Shown here in pieces: positions 17,797-26,665 of a stretch of DNA of 38,790 nucleotides. A model generated the notes under the pieces. It was not told where the DNA came from, searched no databases, and was given only the letters and a program-made list of their open reading frames with translations. Both the position numbers and the translations under genes were made by a program. How positions within the stretch are numbered: the first letter of the stretch is position 1; every line of letters begins with the position of its first letter. The DNA comes from Candidatus Methylomirabilia bacterium (GTDB lineage: Bacteria > Methylomirabilota > Methylomirabilia > Rokubacteriales > CSP1-6): positions 1 to 38,790 of the forward strand of contig JBHIBG010000017.1 in the NCBI GenBank assembly GCA_046758965.1, read 5' to 3'.

Positions 17797-18684
17797 TCAC
17801 CTCGACATCAGGGGGGCGGTCTTGGCCCGCGCCTCGCGCTCCAGCCGCTCCGCCTTCGCCAGGCTGTAGATCAGCACCGAGCCGATGACGGTCATCGAGA
17901 TGACGCTCACCAGACCGGCCATGGCGTACGAGTCCTCGGACATCCCGGTACTGTACATGTGGGAGATCAGCACCGTGGTGAATGTGTCGAAGCCGCCCTT
18001 GAGCAGATTGGTGCGGGTATACTCGTTGAACGAGAGAATGAAGACGAAGGCGCTGGCACTGAATATTCCGACCCGAATCTGCGGGAACTCCACCCGCCAG
18101 AAGGCCTGCCAGGCCGTCGCCCCACAGGCGCGCGCGGCTTCGGTCTGCTGCCGGTGGTAGCGGGACATGGTGATGAGAATGACGATGAAGGCATAGGGAA
18201 CGGTCCACAGGATCTGGCCGATCAGCGCCGTGGTGAAGCCGAGCTCGAACCAGCCGGAGAACCATCCGACTCCGAGGCTCTCCCCGAACGACTCGAACGC
18301 GCGGTTGAGGTTCTTGAAATACACCAGGAGGCTCGACCCCAGGATGTCGGCCGGCACGAACAGAGGGCACAGCATCAGGGTCACGAACAGCACCTTGTGC
18401 CGGGTGCTCTTGTAGTGCTTCGCCGCCACCAGGCCCATGGGTACGGCCGCCAGAACGGCCGCTGCCCCGAGGAGCAGGGTCCACCTGAGAGAGTCCAGTA
18501 TCTGGTCGTTCCCCAAGAGCACGACGTACCAGTCCCAGGTGAACTCGTACGTCTGGGCACCGAAGCCGTGCTCGTTGAACGAGATGTAAATGGTGTAGAA
18601 CACCGGCAGCAGCAGCGCCACGACGACCGCCAGCGTGTACACCCATTTCGCGCGGTAAGCCCAAGGGCTGCTGTAATCGTCCAT
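17797..18684 (-). CDS. ABC transporter permease, PotC-like
   Basis: TM helices, EAA loop EAARACGA, FILSFNEY. Confidence 0.9.
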   Translation of the reverse strand: MDDYSSPWAYRAKWVYTLAVVVALLLPVFYTIYISFNEHGFGAQTYEFTWDWYVVLLGNDQILDSLRWTLLLGAAAVLAAVPMGLVAAKHYKSTRHKVLFVTLMLCPLFVPADILGSSLLVYFKNLNRAFESFGESLGVGWFSGWFELGFTTALIGQILWTVPYAFIVILITMSRYHRQQTEAARACGATAWQAFWRVEFPQIRVGIFSASAFVFILSFNEYTRTNLLKGGFDTFTTVLISHMYSTGMSEDSYAMAGLVSVISMTVIGSVLIYSLAKAERLEREARAKTAPLMSR

Positions 18685-18919
18685 CGCCGAAGGCTAGCTT
18701 GGTTGTCCGCGCAGCATCGCCACGCTTGTGTCCAGTTTTCGCGGGACGCCACTGGCGCCGGGCCGAGAACCGAGCAGATCAAGGACGCAGGGAGGAACCC
18801 ACCGGAGGCGTACTCTCCGTACGTTGAGGATGGGTGACGACCGCCCGATGACCAACGGCCGAAGGCCATCCTTGGCGGGCACCCACGAAGTGGGTCGTGC
18901 GACGGTTATCGGCACGGCG

Positions 18920-19858
18920 CTAGCTGATGGGCTCGAGGATTCGGGTAAGATCGAACAGCTTGTGTCCGATGTAGAGCAGGAGCACCAGCGTCACGATCAT
19001 GATGGCGCTGATCGCCATCGCCAGCGGGAAGTCCAGCGCCACGATCGACTCGAAGACGATCGACCCGGCGTTGACCGCGCCGGGCCCGCCCAGAATGTTG
19101 GGGATCAGCCCCACGCCCAGGCCGTTGACGAAGATGAAGACGCTGCCGGCGAAGATTCCCGGCGCGGCCAGCGGCAGAACGATCTCCCTGAACGTGCGAA
19201 CGGTTCCGGCCCCGAGATCCTCGCACACCTCAAAGACGTAGCCCTGGATCGCCTCCATGGCCAGAAAGCCCGAAAACACCATGAACGGCAGGAAGGACAG
19301 CACCTCCCCGATGATGACGCCGAGCGGGGTGAACAGGATCGCCGAGATGGGCTCCGATATGACGCCGATATCCATGAGGAACGAGTTGACGAGCCCATAC
19401 CGGCCGAGCACGGGTCGGAGCGCGAAGATCCGGATCAGCTCCGAGATCATGAACGGCAGAATGAACAGCAGGATGACCCGATGCTGGGCGACCCGGGGCA
19501 CGCGGCGCCGGACGAACACCGCAATGGGCAAGCCGATGACGAAGGAGATGACCACCGCGCACGCCGAGTGAAACATGGCGTAAAGGAAGTTCTCGGCCCG
19601 GGCGGAGGTGAAGAACGTCTCGTAGGCGAACAGCGTGAAGCCGGGCTCCATCCAGAACCGCGTGCGCTCGAAGAAGCTCCACACCAGCGTAAGGGAGACC
19701 GGAATCGCGAAGAAGAGGAGCATGAAGGCGAGCGGGATGTAGAAGACATACCGCTGCACCCCGTCGTCGCCGAAGAGGAGTCGCCGCCAGCGGGGGGAAG
19801 CCAGTCGCCGGCTTCCCCCTCCGCGGGAAGACGTTAGAGCAGAGCTGTCAGCGGCCAT
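18920..19858 (-). CDS. ABC transporter permease, PotB-like
   Basis: TM helices, LPFM, EV..DLGA...TFREIVLPL..PGI, ILGG. Confidence 0.9.
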   Translation of the reverse strand: MAADSSALTSSRGGGSRRLASPRWRRLLFGDDGVQRYVFYIPLAFMLLFFAIPVSLTLVWSFFERTRFWMEPGFTLFAYETFFTSARAENFLYAMFHSACAVVISFVIGLPIAVFVRRRVPRVAQHRVILLFILPFMISELIRIFALRPVLGRYGLVNSFLMDIGVISEPISAILFTPLGVIIGEVLSFLPFMVFSGFLAMEAIQGYVFEVCEDLGAGTVRTFREIVLPLAAPGIFAGSVFIFVNGLGVGLIPNILGGPGAVNAGSIVFESIVALDFPLAMAISAIMIVTLVLLLYIGHKLFDLTRILEPIS

Positions 19859-19867
19859 CCCCCCGAT

Positions 19868-21040
19868 TCAGGCCGCCTGCAGCCGACTCCACCAGTCCTG
19901 GTAGGCCCGGATGTGCTTCGGGAACACGTTCTGCCAGGCGTTGCCCTTGACCGCATACCGCTGGGCCTTGCGGGCCATGATGTCCTTGATCCGATCCCGG
20001 GTCTTCCTGTCGAAGTCGCCCGGGTGCGCATCAATATAGGCCACCACACCCTCCATCTGGGGCGCGAAGCCGAAGGTGGCCACCGTGCGGGCCCCGAACC
20101 ACGGGGACAGGTAGACGTTGGCGAGCTTGTAGAACAGGTCGTCCACACCCCGCTGTCTGCCTCCCTTGCTGAGCATGACGACGTTGTTCCACGTCTGATG
20201 CCCTTCCTTCATCGTCCCGTACAGGACGTTGACGCCCTTCTTCCGGGCCACCAACTGGACCGGCTCCCAGCACGAGGACATTATCACCTCCTTGCTCGCC
20301 AGGATGTCGACGCCGTTCTGGAAGCCATCCCAGAACGTGCGGAAATGACCCTTTTTCTTGTATCCGATGATGAACTGGCAGACAGCTTTGACCTCGGCGG
20401 GGCTCATGTCTGACGGATCCGCGATGTCGACCTTGCCGCTCTCCTTGAGATAGATCGCCATGTTGGTCAGGGTCGGCCCGAAGTCGTTCTGTAGGGCGAC
20501 GCGCCCCTTGAACTGAGAATCGAACATGACACCCCAGCTGTCCGGATGAAAGCCGAGCTCGTCGTAGTTGTAAGCCAAAGAGTCGGCATTGGAAATGTAC
20601 GGAACGGCGTACACCTTCCCCTTGTAGCGGATGGTGTCGGCCGCGGCACCGCCTTCACGGTATGTCGGCAGTAGGATCTTCCAGTTCGGTATCCTGCTCG
20701 TGTCAAGCGGCACGATGGCCCTGTTCTCGGCGAGCGCGTCCTCCATGCCGCCGCCATTGTCCGTGAGCGCGTCGAACAGCTTCTGGCCGTCGCCGATCAC
20801 CATCTTCTGAACCGCCTCGTCGGCCCGGGCGCTCTTGGCCGTGTACTTGATCTTGATGCCGGCCTGGGCCTCCATGGCGCTGAAGTCCTTGGCCGCCACC
20901 TTGGCAATGCCAGGAGCCCAGAACCGCAGCGCCTTGCCTTCGGCGGCCGACACGCCTGGGATCCGGCCGAAAGCCGCCGCGGCGGCGACGCCGGAAAGGC
21001 CCTGCAAGAAGATGCGCCTCGAAAACTCTAGCTGGTTCAT
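19868..21040 (-). CDS. Tat-exported PotD/PotF-like substrate-binding protein
   Basis: SRRIFLQG twin-arginine signal; PLD.SRIPNW, YAVPY, DSWGVMFD. Confidence 0.88.
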   Translation of the reverse strand: MNQLEFSRRIFLQGLSGVAAAAAFGRIPGVSAAEGKALRFWAPGIAKVAAKDFSAMEAQAGIKIKYTAKSARADEAVQKMVIGDGQKLFDALTDNGGGMEDALAENRAIVPLDTSRIPNWKILLPTYREGGAAADTIRYKGKVYAVPYISNADSLAYNYDELGFHPDSWGVMFDSQFKGRVALQNDFGPTLTNMAIYLKESGKVDIADPSDMSPAEVKAVCQFIIGYKKKGHFRTFWDGFQNGVDILASKEVIMSSCWEPVQLVARKKGVNVLYGTMKEGHQTWNNVVMLSKGGRQRGVDDLFYKLANVYLSPWFGARTVATFGFAPQMEGVVAYIDAHPGDFDRKTRDRIKDIMARKAQRYAVKGNAWQNVFPKHIRAYQDWWSRLQAA

Positions 21041-21171
21041 ACGTGCCTCCTCGCCGGCTTAGCCCGACCTCTGCCGGTCCTCGCCCGTCCCGGTGCGGCG
21101 CGACCGGCCAGCGGCCGCCCCGGACCTGCGAAGGGGTTAGCCTCTCGGGAATCGGGAACAGGAGCAACCAA

Positions 21172-21200
21172 TTAGTAGCAGACCTCCGCCGTCAGATCAA
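21172..21200 (-). promoter_or_regulatory. Putative sigma70 promoter of the ABC/amidohydrolase operon
   Basis: Minus-strand TTGATC, 17 bp, TACTAA with a preceding TG. Confidence 0.4.
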
Positions 21201-21367
21201 CTCCTCCGGAGAGACCAGGCCGGTATCTGCCCGCGACATGACCGGCCCTGCTGAGCTCGCTCAGAGACATGTGAGAGAGCGCTGAGCTATCAAAGGGAGG
21301 GGGTCCACTAGGTGAAGCACGGACCTCTCCCGTGGGCCGCTTTGGGCTGAGCTGCCAGTCCAAGCTC

Positions 21368-21396
21368 TTGACACCCCTCCTGATGTTGCCTAAACT
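21368..21396 (+). promoter_or_regulatory. Sigma70 promoter
   Basis: TTGACA (21368-21373), 17 bp, TAAACT (21391-21396). Confidence 0.65.
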
Positions 21397-21544
21397 CCCT
21401 CTGGTTCCCAGAACTGACTGCGGCCTTCGGGGGGGAGGGAACCATGCCTGCGGATCGGCTCCATCGAGAGCGCCTGGACGCCCTCGTTGGCCACGAAGGT
21501 GGCCGGCGGGGGCGTTCGCGCGCTACAGGAGGCTCGCCCCCTGC

Positions 21545-21575
21545 TTTCTCATCTTTTTCTCATCTTCTCCTCATC
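21545..21575 (+). promoter_or_regulatory. Three direct repeats with 11-bp period (OmpR/PhoB-type operator)
   Basis: CTCATC at 21548, 21559 and 21570, upstream of the ydhR-like gene and a regulator with an OmpR-type wHTH. Confidence 0.65.
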
Positions 21576-21643
21576 ACGACCGTTCAAAACGCGGATATGC
21601 TGGTTCCGTTCCGGACAAACCCTTACCGAGAAAGGAGCGGGCC

Positions 21644-21961
21644 ATGCACATCCAAATCATCAACTTCAACCTGAAGGGCGTCAGCGAGAGGGACTACGGC
21701 AAGCTCTGCGATGACCTGGCCCCCGCCTTCGCGAACCTCCCCGGTCTGCTCGCAAAGGTGTGGCTGGCAGACCCAGGGAGGAACACGTTTGGCGGCGTCT
21801 ACATGTGGCAAGACCGGGGGGCGATGGAGGAGTTCGCGAAGACGGAGCTGTTCCGTAGCGTGGCGACGCACCCCAATCTGGCGAACATCACGTCCACGGA
21901 CTTCACCGTCATGGAGGGGCCGACGCGGGTCACGCGCGGGCTTGTCGAGGTCCGCGTCTGA
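21644..21961 (+). CDS. YdhR family putative mono-oxygenase (dimeric alpha+beta barrel)
   Basis: MHIQIINFNL...PGLLAKVWL.D...NTFGGVYMW; AAGGAG RBS; start trimmed to ATG at 21644. Confidence 0.85.
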   Translation: MHIQIINFNLKGVSERDYGKLCDDLAPAFANLPGLLAKVWLADPGRNTFGGVYMWQDRGAMEEFAKTELFRSVATHPNLANITSTDFTVMEGPTRVTRGLVEVRV

Positions 21962-22003
21962 TCCTGACTGCCGGCCACGGCATCGGCGGCACCTGTCCCT
22001 GAG

Positions 22004-23962
22004 GTGAAGGCCATGGCCCGGCGGGTGAGCGACGCTCTTGCACAACGGTCGACGGACACATTCGTCGGCAGGGCGGAGGAACTGGCCGTCCTGCTCCAGT
22101 CGCTCGAGCGGGACGGCCCTCTCGTCGTGCACGTGCAGGGGATCGCCGGCATCGGCAAGTCGAGCCTGGTGCACGCTTTTTCGTCCCGGGCACGAGCGCG
22201 CAGGGCCACGGTCGTACGCCTCGACTGCCATGCGATCGAACCCACGGAGCGGGGGTTCCTCCGAGAGCTCGCCGTGGCGATCGGCAGCGACGCGGCCACG
22301 CGGGAGAAGGTTGTCCGACGCCTGGGGCGTCTCGGGCGCCGGGTCGTGCTCGCCCTCGATACCTACGAGGTGTTCCGTCTCATGGATACCTGGCTGCGCC
22401 AGGTCTTCGTCCCGGCCCTCAGCGATAACGTGAGGGTGATGCTGTTCGGGCGCGCGCCGCCGGTATCGGCCTGGCTCACTTCAGCCGGATGGCAGGGCCT
22501 CTTCCGCGGCATGACCCTGGGGCCCCTCGGCGAGCGCGAGGCGATCGAGTGTCTGTGGCGCCTCGGCGTCAGAAAGCAGGATGCCCGGCGCATCAATCGG
22601 TTCGCGCGCGGCCATCCTCTGGCGCTCAAGCTCGCGGCCTCTCTGGCGAGCGAGCGGCCCGATCTCGACCTCGAGGAGGTGGCGATCCCGCGCGTCGTCG
22701 AGGAGTTGACGCGCACCTACCTCGCCGACGTGCAGGATTCGCTGACGCGGCAGGCGCTCGACGCGGCGTCGGTCGTCCGACGGACGACCCTGCCCCTCCT
22801 CCGTGCCATGCTTCCGGCCTCGGCACCGCAGGACGCTCATGAGCGGCTTCGCGCGCTCCCCTTCGTCGAGCGCGGGCGCGATGGCCTGATCGTGCACGAC
22901 GCGGTGCAACCAGCGATCGCCGCCACCTTGCGGGCGGCGGATCCAAGCCGGTACCGCGCCTACCGCCGTGCCGCGTGGCAGCACCTCCGCGCTGAGGTGC
23001 GCACGGCAGGCAGCCCGGATCTCTGGCGGTACACGGCGGACATCCTCTACCTCATCGAGAATCCGGTGGTGCGGGAAGCCTTCTTCCCGAGCGGCGTCAA
23101 CCTGTTTGCGGTCGAGCCCGCGCGTCCCGAGGACGGCCGGGCGTTCCACGCGATCAGCAAGCGACATGAGGGGCCGCGCGGCGTGAAAGCCCTCGACGCC
23201 TGGTGGGCCCGCGCCCCGCAGTGCTTCCACGCCGTTCGCGCGAGGGATGGCACGGTCGCCGGTTTCTACTGCATGGCCGATGCCGACGCCATCAGGCCGG
23301 CACTCCTCCGGGACGACCCGGTCGTGCAGAGGTGGTGGACCTACCTTGGAAAGGATCCGGTGCCCAGGGATCAGCAAGTGCTGTTCCTGCGTCGCTGGCT
23401 CGGTGAGGAGCACGGGGAGGCGCCATCGCCGGTTCAGGCGGCCTGCTGGCTCGACATCAAACGGACATACATGGAGCGTCGCCCGCATCTCCGCCGCGTT
23501 TTCACGACGGTGCGGGACCTGCCGACGTACGCTCCCGTCGTCCGGAAGCTCGGCTTCCAGGCGATCGCCGAGGCCGGGGTCGAGCTCGATGGCGCCATCT
23601 ACCACGCAGCGATGCTCGACTTCGGACCGCTTTCGGTTGATGGCTGGCTCACGGCTCTCGTCGCCGCCGAGCTCGGCGTCGAGGAAGAGGCAATCCTCGA
23701 CATGGACGCTCGCGAGCTCGTGGTCGGTAGCCGGCGCATCGGGCTGACGGCGCGGGAGTTCGCGGTCCTGCACTATCTCTGGCAGCGCGAGGGCAAGGTG
23801 GTCACGCGCATGTCTCTGCTCGAAGACGTCTGGGAGCCGGACTACGAAGGCGGCAGTAACGTCGCGGACGTGGTGGTCCGGTCATTGCGGAGGAAGCTTG
23901 CAGATCGGGCATCCATGATCGAGACGGTGAGGGGCGCTGGCTACCGATTTCGCAGGGGCTGA
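22004..23962 (+). CDS. One-component regulator: N-terminal AAA/STAND-like ATPase plus C-terminal OmpR-type winged HTH
   Basis: FVGRAEEL, Walker A GIAGIGKS, LALDTYE, RGHPLAL. C-terminus LTAREFAVL.YL...V.TR..LLE.VW...SNVADVVVRSLRRKL...IETVRGAGYRF. Confidence 0.88.
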   Translation: MKAMARRVSDALAQRSTDTFVGRAEELAVLLQSLERDGPLVVHVQGIAGIGKSSLVHAFSSRARARRATVVRLDCHAIEPTERGFLRELAVAIGSDAATREKVVRRLGRLGRRVVLALDTYEVFRLMDTWLRQVFVPALSDNVRVMLFGRAPPVSAWLTSAGWQGLFRGMTLGPLGEREAIECLWRLGVRKQDARRINRFARGHPLALKLAASLASERPDLDLEEVAIPRVVEELTRTYLADVQDSLTRQALDAASVVRRTTLPLLRAMLPASAPQDAHERLRALPFVERGRDGLIVHDAVQPAIAATLRAADPSRYRAYRRAAWQHLRAEVRTAGSPDLWRYTADILYLIENPVVREAFFPSGVNLFAVEPARPEDGRAFHAISKRHEGPRGVKALDAWWARAPQCFHAVRARDGTVAGFYCMADADAIRPALLRDDPVVQRWWTYLGKDPVPRDQQVLFLRRWLGEEHGEAPSPVQAACWLDIKRTYMERRPHLRRVFTTVRDLPTYAPVVRKLGFQAIAEAGVELDGAIYHAAMLDFGPLSVDGWLTALVAAELGVEEEAILDMDARELVVGSRRIGLTAREFAVLHYLWQREGKVVTRMSLLEDVWEPDYEGGSNVADVVVRSLRRKLADRASMIETVRGAGYRFRRG

Positions 23963-24052
23963 GCACCGGATCCGGGAAGGTCGTCCAGCCGCCAGGACGT
24001 GGCCGAACCCGGCTGGCACCGGCGCCCCGGCCTGAGACGGCCGACCAGGGCG

Positions 24053-24922
24053 TCACTCCCGGATTCGGAGGCGGCCGACGGCCTCGAAGTGGCGAAGGCT
24101 CCCGCCGCTCACCCGGGCCCTGGCAACCCGCCTCAGCCACTCCAGTGCCCCGGCCATCTGCTTCCAGAACTTCCCCTGGTGCTCCCAGTAGTCGTAGGCC
24201 TCGTCGGGCCCACCCATGGTGACTGTGCCGGGGAAGCGCGAACGTGGCCGCCGATGCTTGGTCTTGAGGAGCTCCTTGGCCACGAGCGGCGACCAGGCCA
24301 CAGCTTCCCGCAAGCGCCGAGTCGCCCGTTCTCGTCGCCCGAGAGAGAAGAGCGCAAGCGCCCGACCGTACGTGATCTCCGGCATCACGTCGTCCGGATA
24401 CCGGTGGCAGAGGGCGAGCACCTCGCCGGGCCGCCCCAGCTCGAAGAGGGCTTCAACAGCCACGCCTCGGACCCCTTGGTTATCGCCCGGGTTCAGCGCC
24501 AGGAGCTCCCGATAGAGGTCCAAGGCCAGCTCGATCTCCCCACCCTCCCGGCACGCCAGCGCCAGACCCTGCAGGCACCGGAGGAATGGGCGGTTGTCCA
24601 GCCACCCCCACTCCAGGCGGTCCTGATCCGGTTCGAAGCCCTGCGGGAAGGCGCGCCGCCCGATCCTCACGGCCTCTTCCCAGACGGTTCGGGCGACCGC
24701 CTTGCGTCCCCGCTCGTCCAAGACGAGGGCCAGGTGATGGAGGGCATCCACATGATCCGGCATCCTGACTAGCGTGGCGCGGAAAACCCGTTCAGCCTCC
24801 TTCAGCTCGCCGTACTCGAGGCGTTCCACGCCCTGGTGAAACTCCTCCATCAGCTCTTCGTACACTTCGGGATAGAGGAACCGCCACTCGTGCGGGTCAA
24901 CCTTTTCCAGCCTCAGCATCAC
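24053..24922 (-). CDS. Tetratricopeptide-repeat protein
   Basis: Helical repeats with W..LDNRPFLR and LLALNPGDNQGVR motifs. Confidence 0.75.
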   Translation of the reverse strand: MMLRLEKVDPHEWRFLYPEVYEELMEEFHQGVERLEYGELKEAERVFRATLVRMPDHVDALHHLALVLDERGRKAVARTVWEEAVRIGRRAFPQGFEPDQDRLEWGWLDNRPFLRCLQGLALACREGGEIELALDLYRELLALNPGDNQGVRGVAVEALFELGRPGEVLALCHRYPDDVMPEITYGRALALFSLGRRERATRRLREAVAWSPLVAKELLKTKHRRPRSRFPGTVTMGGPDEAYDYWEHQGKFWKQMAGALEWLRRVARARVSGGSLRHFEAVGRLRIRE

Positions 24923-25218
24923 TCCCCACCCTCAGCCCGTCTGGTTGTGAGCCCCGGCCGGCACCGCCTCGACGGCCCGAAGAGTCACTCCCACCCGCCG
25001 ACCGATCTCCTCGCCCGCGTCCAACCGGTCCTCGACGCATCCGGATTCTAGCACGGCGATTCTGCCGTCGTCCTCCCTTCGGGCACAGCTGAACAGAACC
25101 CATTCCTTCGGGCAGGAGCGCAGTCAGCCTGCATGACGGCGGCTCGCGCTGCGAGGGCGGTCCGCTCCTTCATCGGGGAAGTCCCAGAAGATCGCCTGGG
25201 CATCGCACAGAGCAGGCG

Positions 25219-25554
25219 TCAGCTCAGTTCAGCCAGCAACGCCTCTATGTTCCGCTTGAGATCGGCCAGGTCTCGCTCGACGACGTCCCACACGAGCTCG
25301 GTATCCACCGCGAAGTAGTCGTGGACCAGGATATGGCGCATCCCCATGATCTTGGCTCACGGCACCCCGGGAGCCCGATCCAGGATTTCCTGCGGGAGGG
25401 CTCGCGCTGCCTCCCCGATGATCTGGAGATGGCGCACAAACCAGTTCTGGATCAGCTCGTCGCTCTGGAAGGCTTGGCGACCGCGAGCGGCGTAGCGTTC
25501 GATGTGCCCGATGGCTTCGAGAATGTCCCGGAGCCGCTCGCGGGGGTCCCTCAC
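25219..25554 (-). pseudogene. hepT: HepT-like (DUF86) HEPN ribonuclease toxin with an internal TGA
   Basis: [15 protein letters not shown]...LQIIGEAA...PGVP*AKIMGMRHILVHDYFAVD..LVW. TGA at 25357-25359 replaces the conserved Trp; the RX4HXY motif lies downstream in the same frame. Confidence 0.88.
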
Positions 25555-25841
25555 AAGGGGACCGCCTCTTCCAGGACCCGAGCCTGGACGCGTGGCTTGA
25601 GACCCCGGGGGGTGACGACGTCAACGTCCCGGCCTAGCAGCGCGCGGAGCTCCATCAGGAGGCCACCCATGTCCAAAAGGCTTCTCCCCGGCTCCATGTC
25701 CACGAGAAAGTCGAGGTCGCTCTCCTCATCGGCCTCGCCCCTGGCGACCGACCCGAAGACACGCACGTTCCGGGCCCCGTGCTTCGTGGCGATTCGGAGA
25801 ATCTCTTCCCGCTTCTCCTTCAACAGTTCAGCCGCACGCAT
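25551..25841 (-). CDS. mntA: Minimal nucleotidyltransferase (MNT) antitoxin
   Basis: [10 protein letters not shown]...[17 protein letters not shown]; overlaps the hepT start; start trimmed to MRAAEL. Confidence 0.9.
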   Translation of the reverse strand: MRAAELLKEKREEILRIATKHGARNVRVFGSVARGEADEESDLDFLVDMEPGRSLLDMGGLLMELRALLGRDVDVVTPRGLKPRVQARVLEEAVPL

Positions 25842-25950
25842 GGCCGCCCTCCCGAGCCCTACCCAACTCCTCATAAGCCAGTATACCTGACCAGGCCGCG
25901 GGCGTTCACCATGGCCGGCCCGCACACGGTCAGGTGGAAGGACCCCGCGA

Positions 25951-26641
25951 TGTTACACAACTGATGTCGCCCCCGTTGCGGGCGTGTCGGCCTCGTTTTG
26001 GTTATACTCCCGACGCTCTGCCAGGCATTGGGCCTTGAGCGCCCCGCGTTGGGCGAGGACCTCCTCGTGAGAGCCCGTGTGCCGTCGGCTCGGCGTCACG
26101 TATCCGATGCCCCGGTGGTGGTGCTCGTCGTTGTACCAGCGGAAAAACCCTTCGGACCACGTCCGGGTGTGCTGGAAGCTCTCGAACCGTCCCGGGTAGT
26201 CCGGTCGCCCCTTCAGCGTGGAGAAGAACGCCTCGATCTCGGGATTATCGTTTGGCGTCCGAGGCCGGGCATAGAGGGGCTCGATCCCGGTCCGGCCAAA
26301 GAAGCGACGGGTCAGCCGGGAGCGCATCTGGCTCCCGCGGTCGGACAGAGACCGCGGGGAGAGGCCCTTGGGGAGCTCCAGGATCTGCTCGTTCTCCAGC
26401 CCTCGATCCCACAGGGTCAGCACCTCCCACCGCCTCTTCAATGGCCCGCAGGTCCTGGAGGGTCAACCCATGCCGCCGGAGGATCTCCCCCACCGGGGCC
26501 TCAGCCCCGCGCGTCTCCAAGAAGATGCGAAACTTCCGCTCCGCCGTCAACCGTCGCCACTCCGGTCCTTCCGCCATCCGTTACCTCCCAAAGCGCGCCA
26601 TCGTTATAACCGCTAAAAACGCGTCATGTCTATGTGTAACA
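25951..26641 (-). mobile_element. Internally deleted IS3-like insertion sequence
   Basis: Ends TGTTACACA...TGTGTAACA (TG...CA). OrfA-like N-terminus from 26577 is joined out of frame to the integrase-core C-terminus (SDRGSQ, PNDNPEIEAFFSTLK, WYNDEHHH.GIGYVTP). Confidence 0.82.
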
Positions 26642-26665
26642 CAGCGGCCCGGAGGATGAGATGCA

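Noticed and set aside
21195..21330. Glycine riboswitch (GGAGAGACC-like motif)
   Set aside because: The other conserved elements (GCCGAAG, CTCTCAGG) are missing and the orientation does not fit the ABC operon.
21444..21674. 76-aa ORF after the plus-strand promoter
   Set aside because: It has an RBS but no recognisable family, and it runs through the operator repeats into ydhR; at most a remnant.
25357..25359. Selenocysteine or genetic-code reassignment at the hepT TGA
   Set aside because: The position is a conserved Trp rather than Cys, TGA and TAG both end many normal genes here, and no SECIS is evident.
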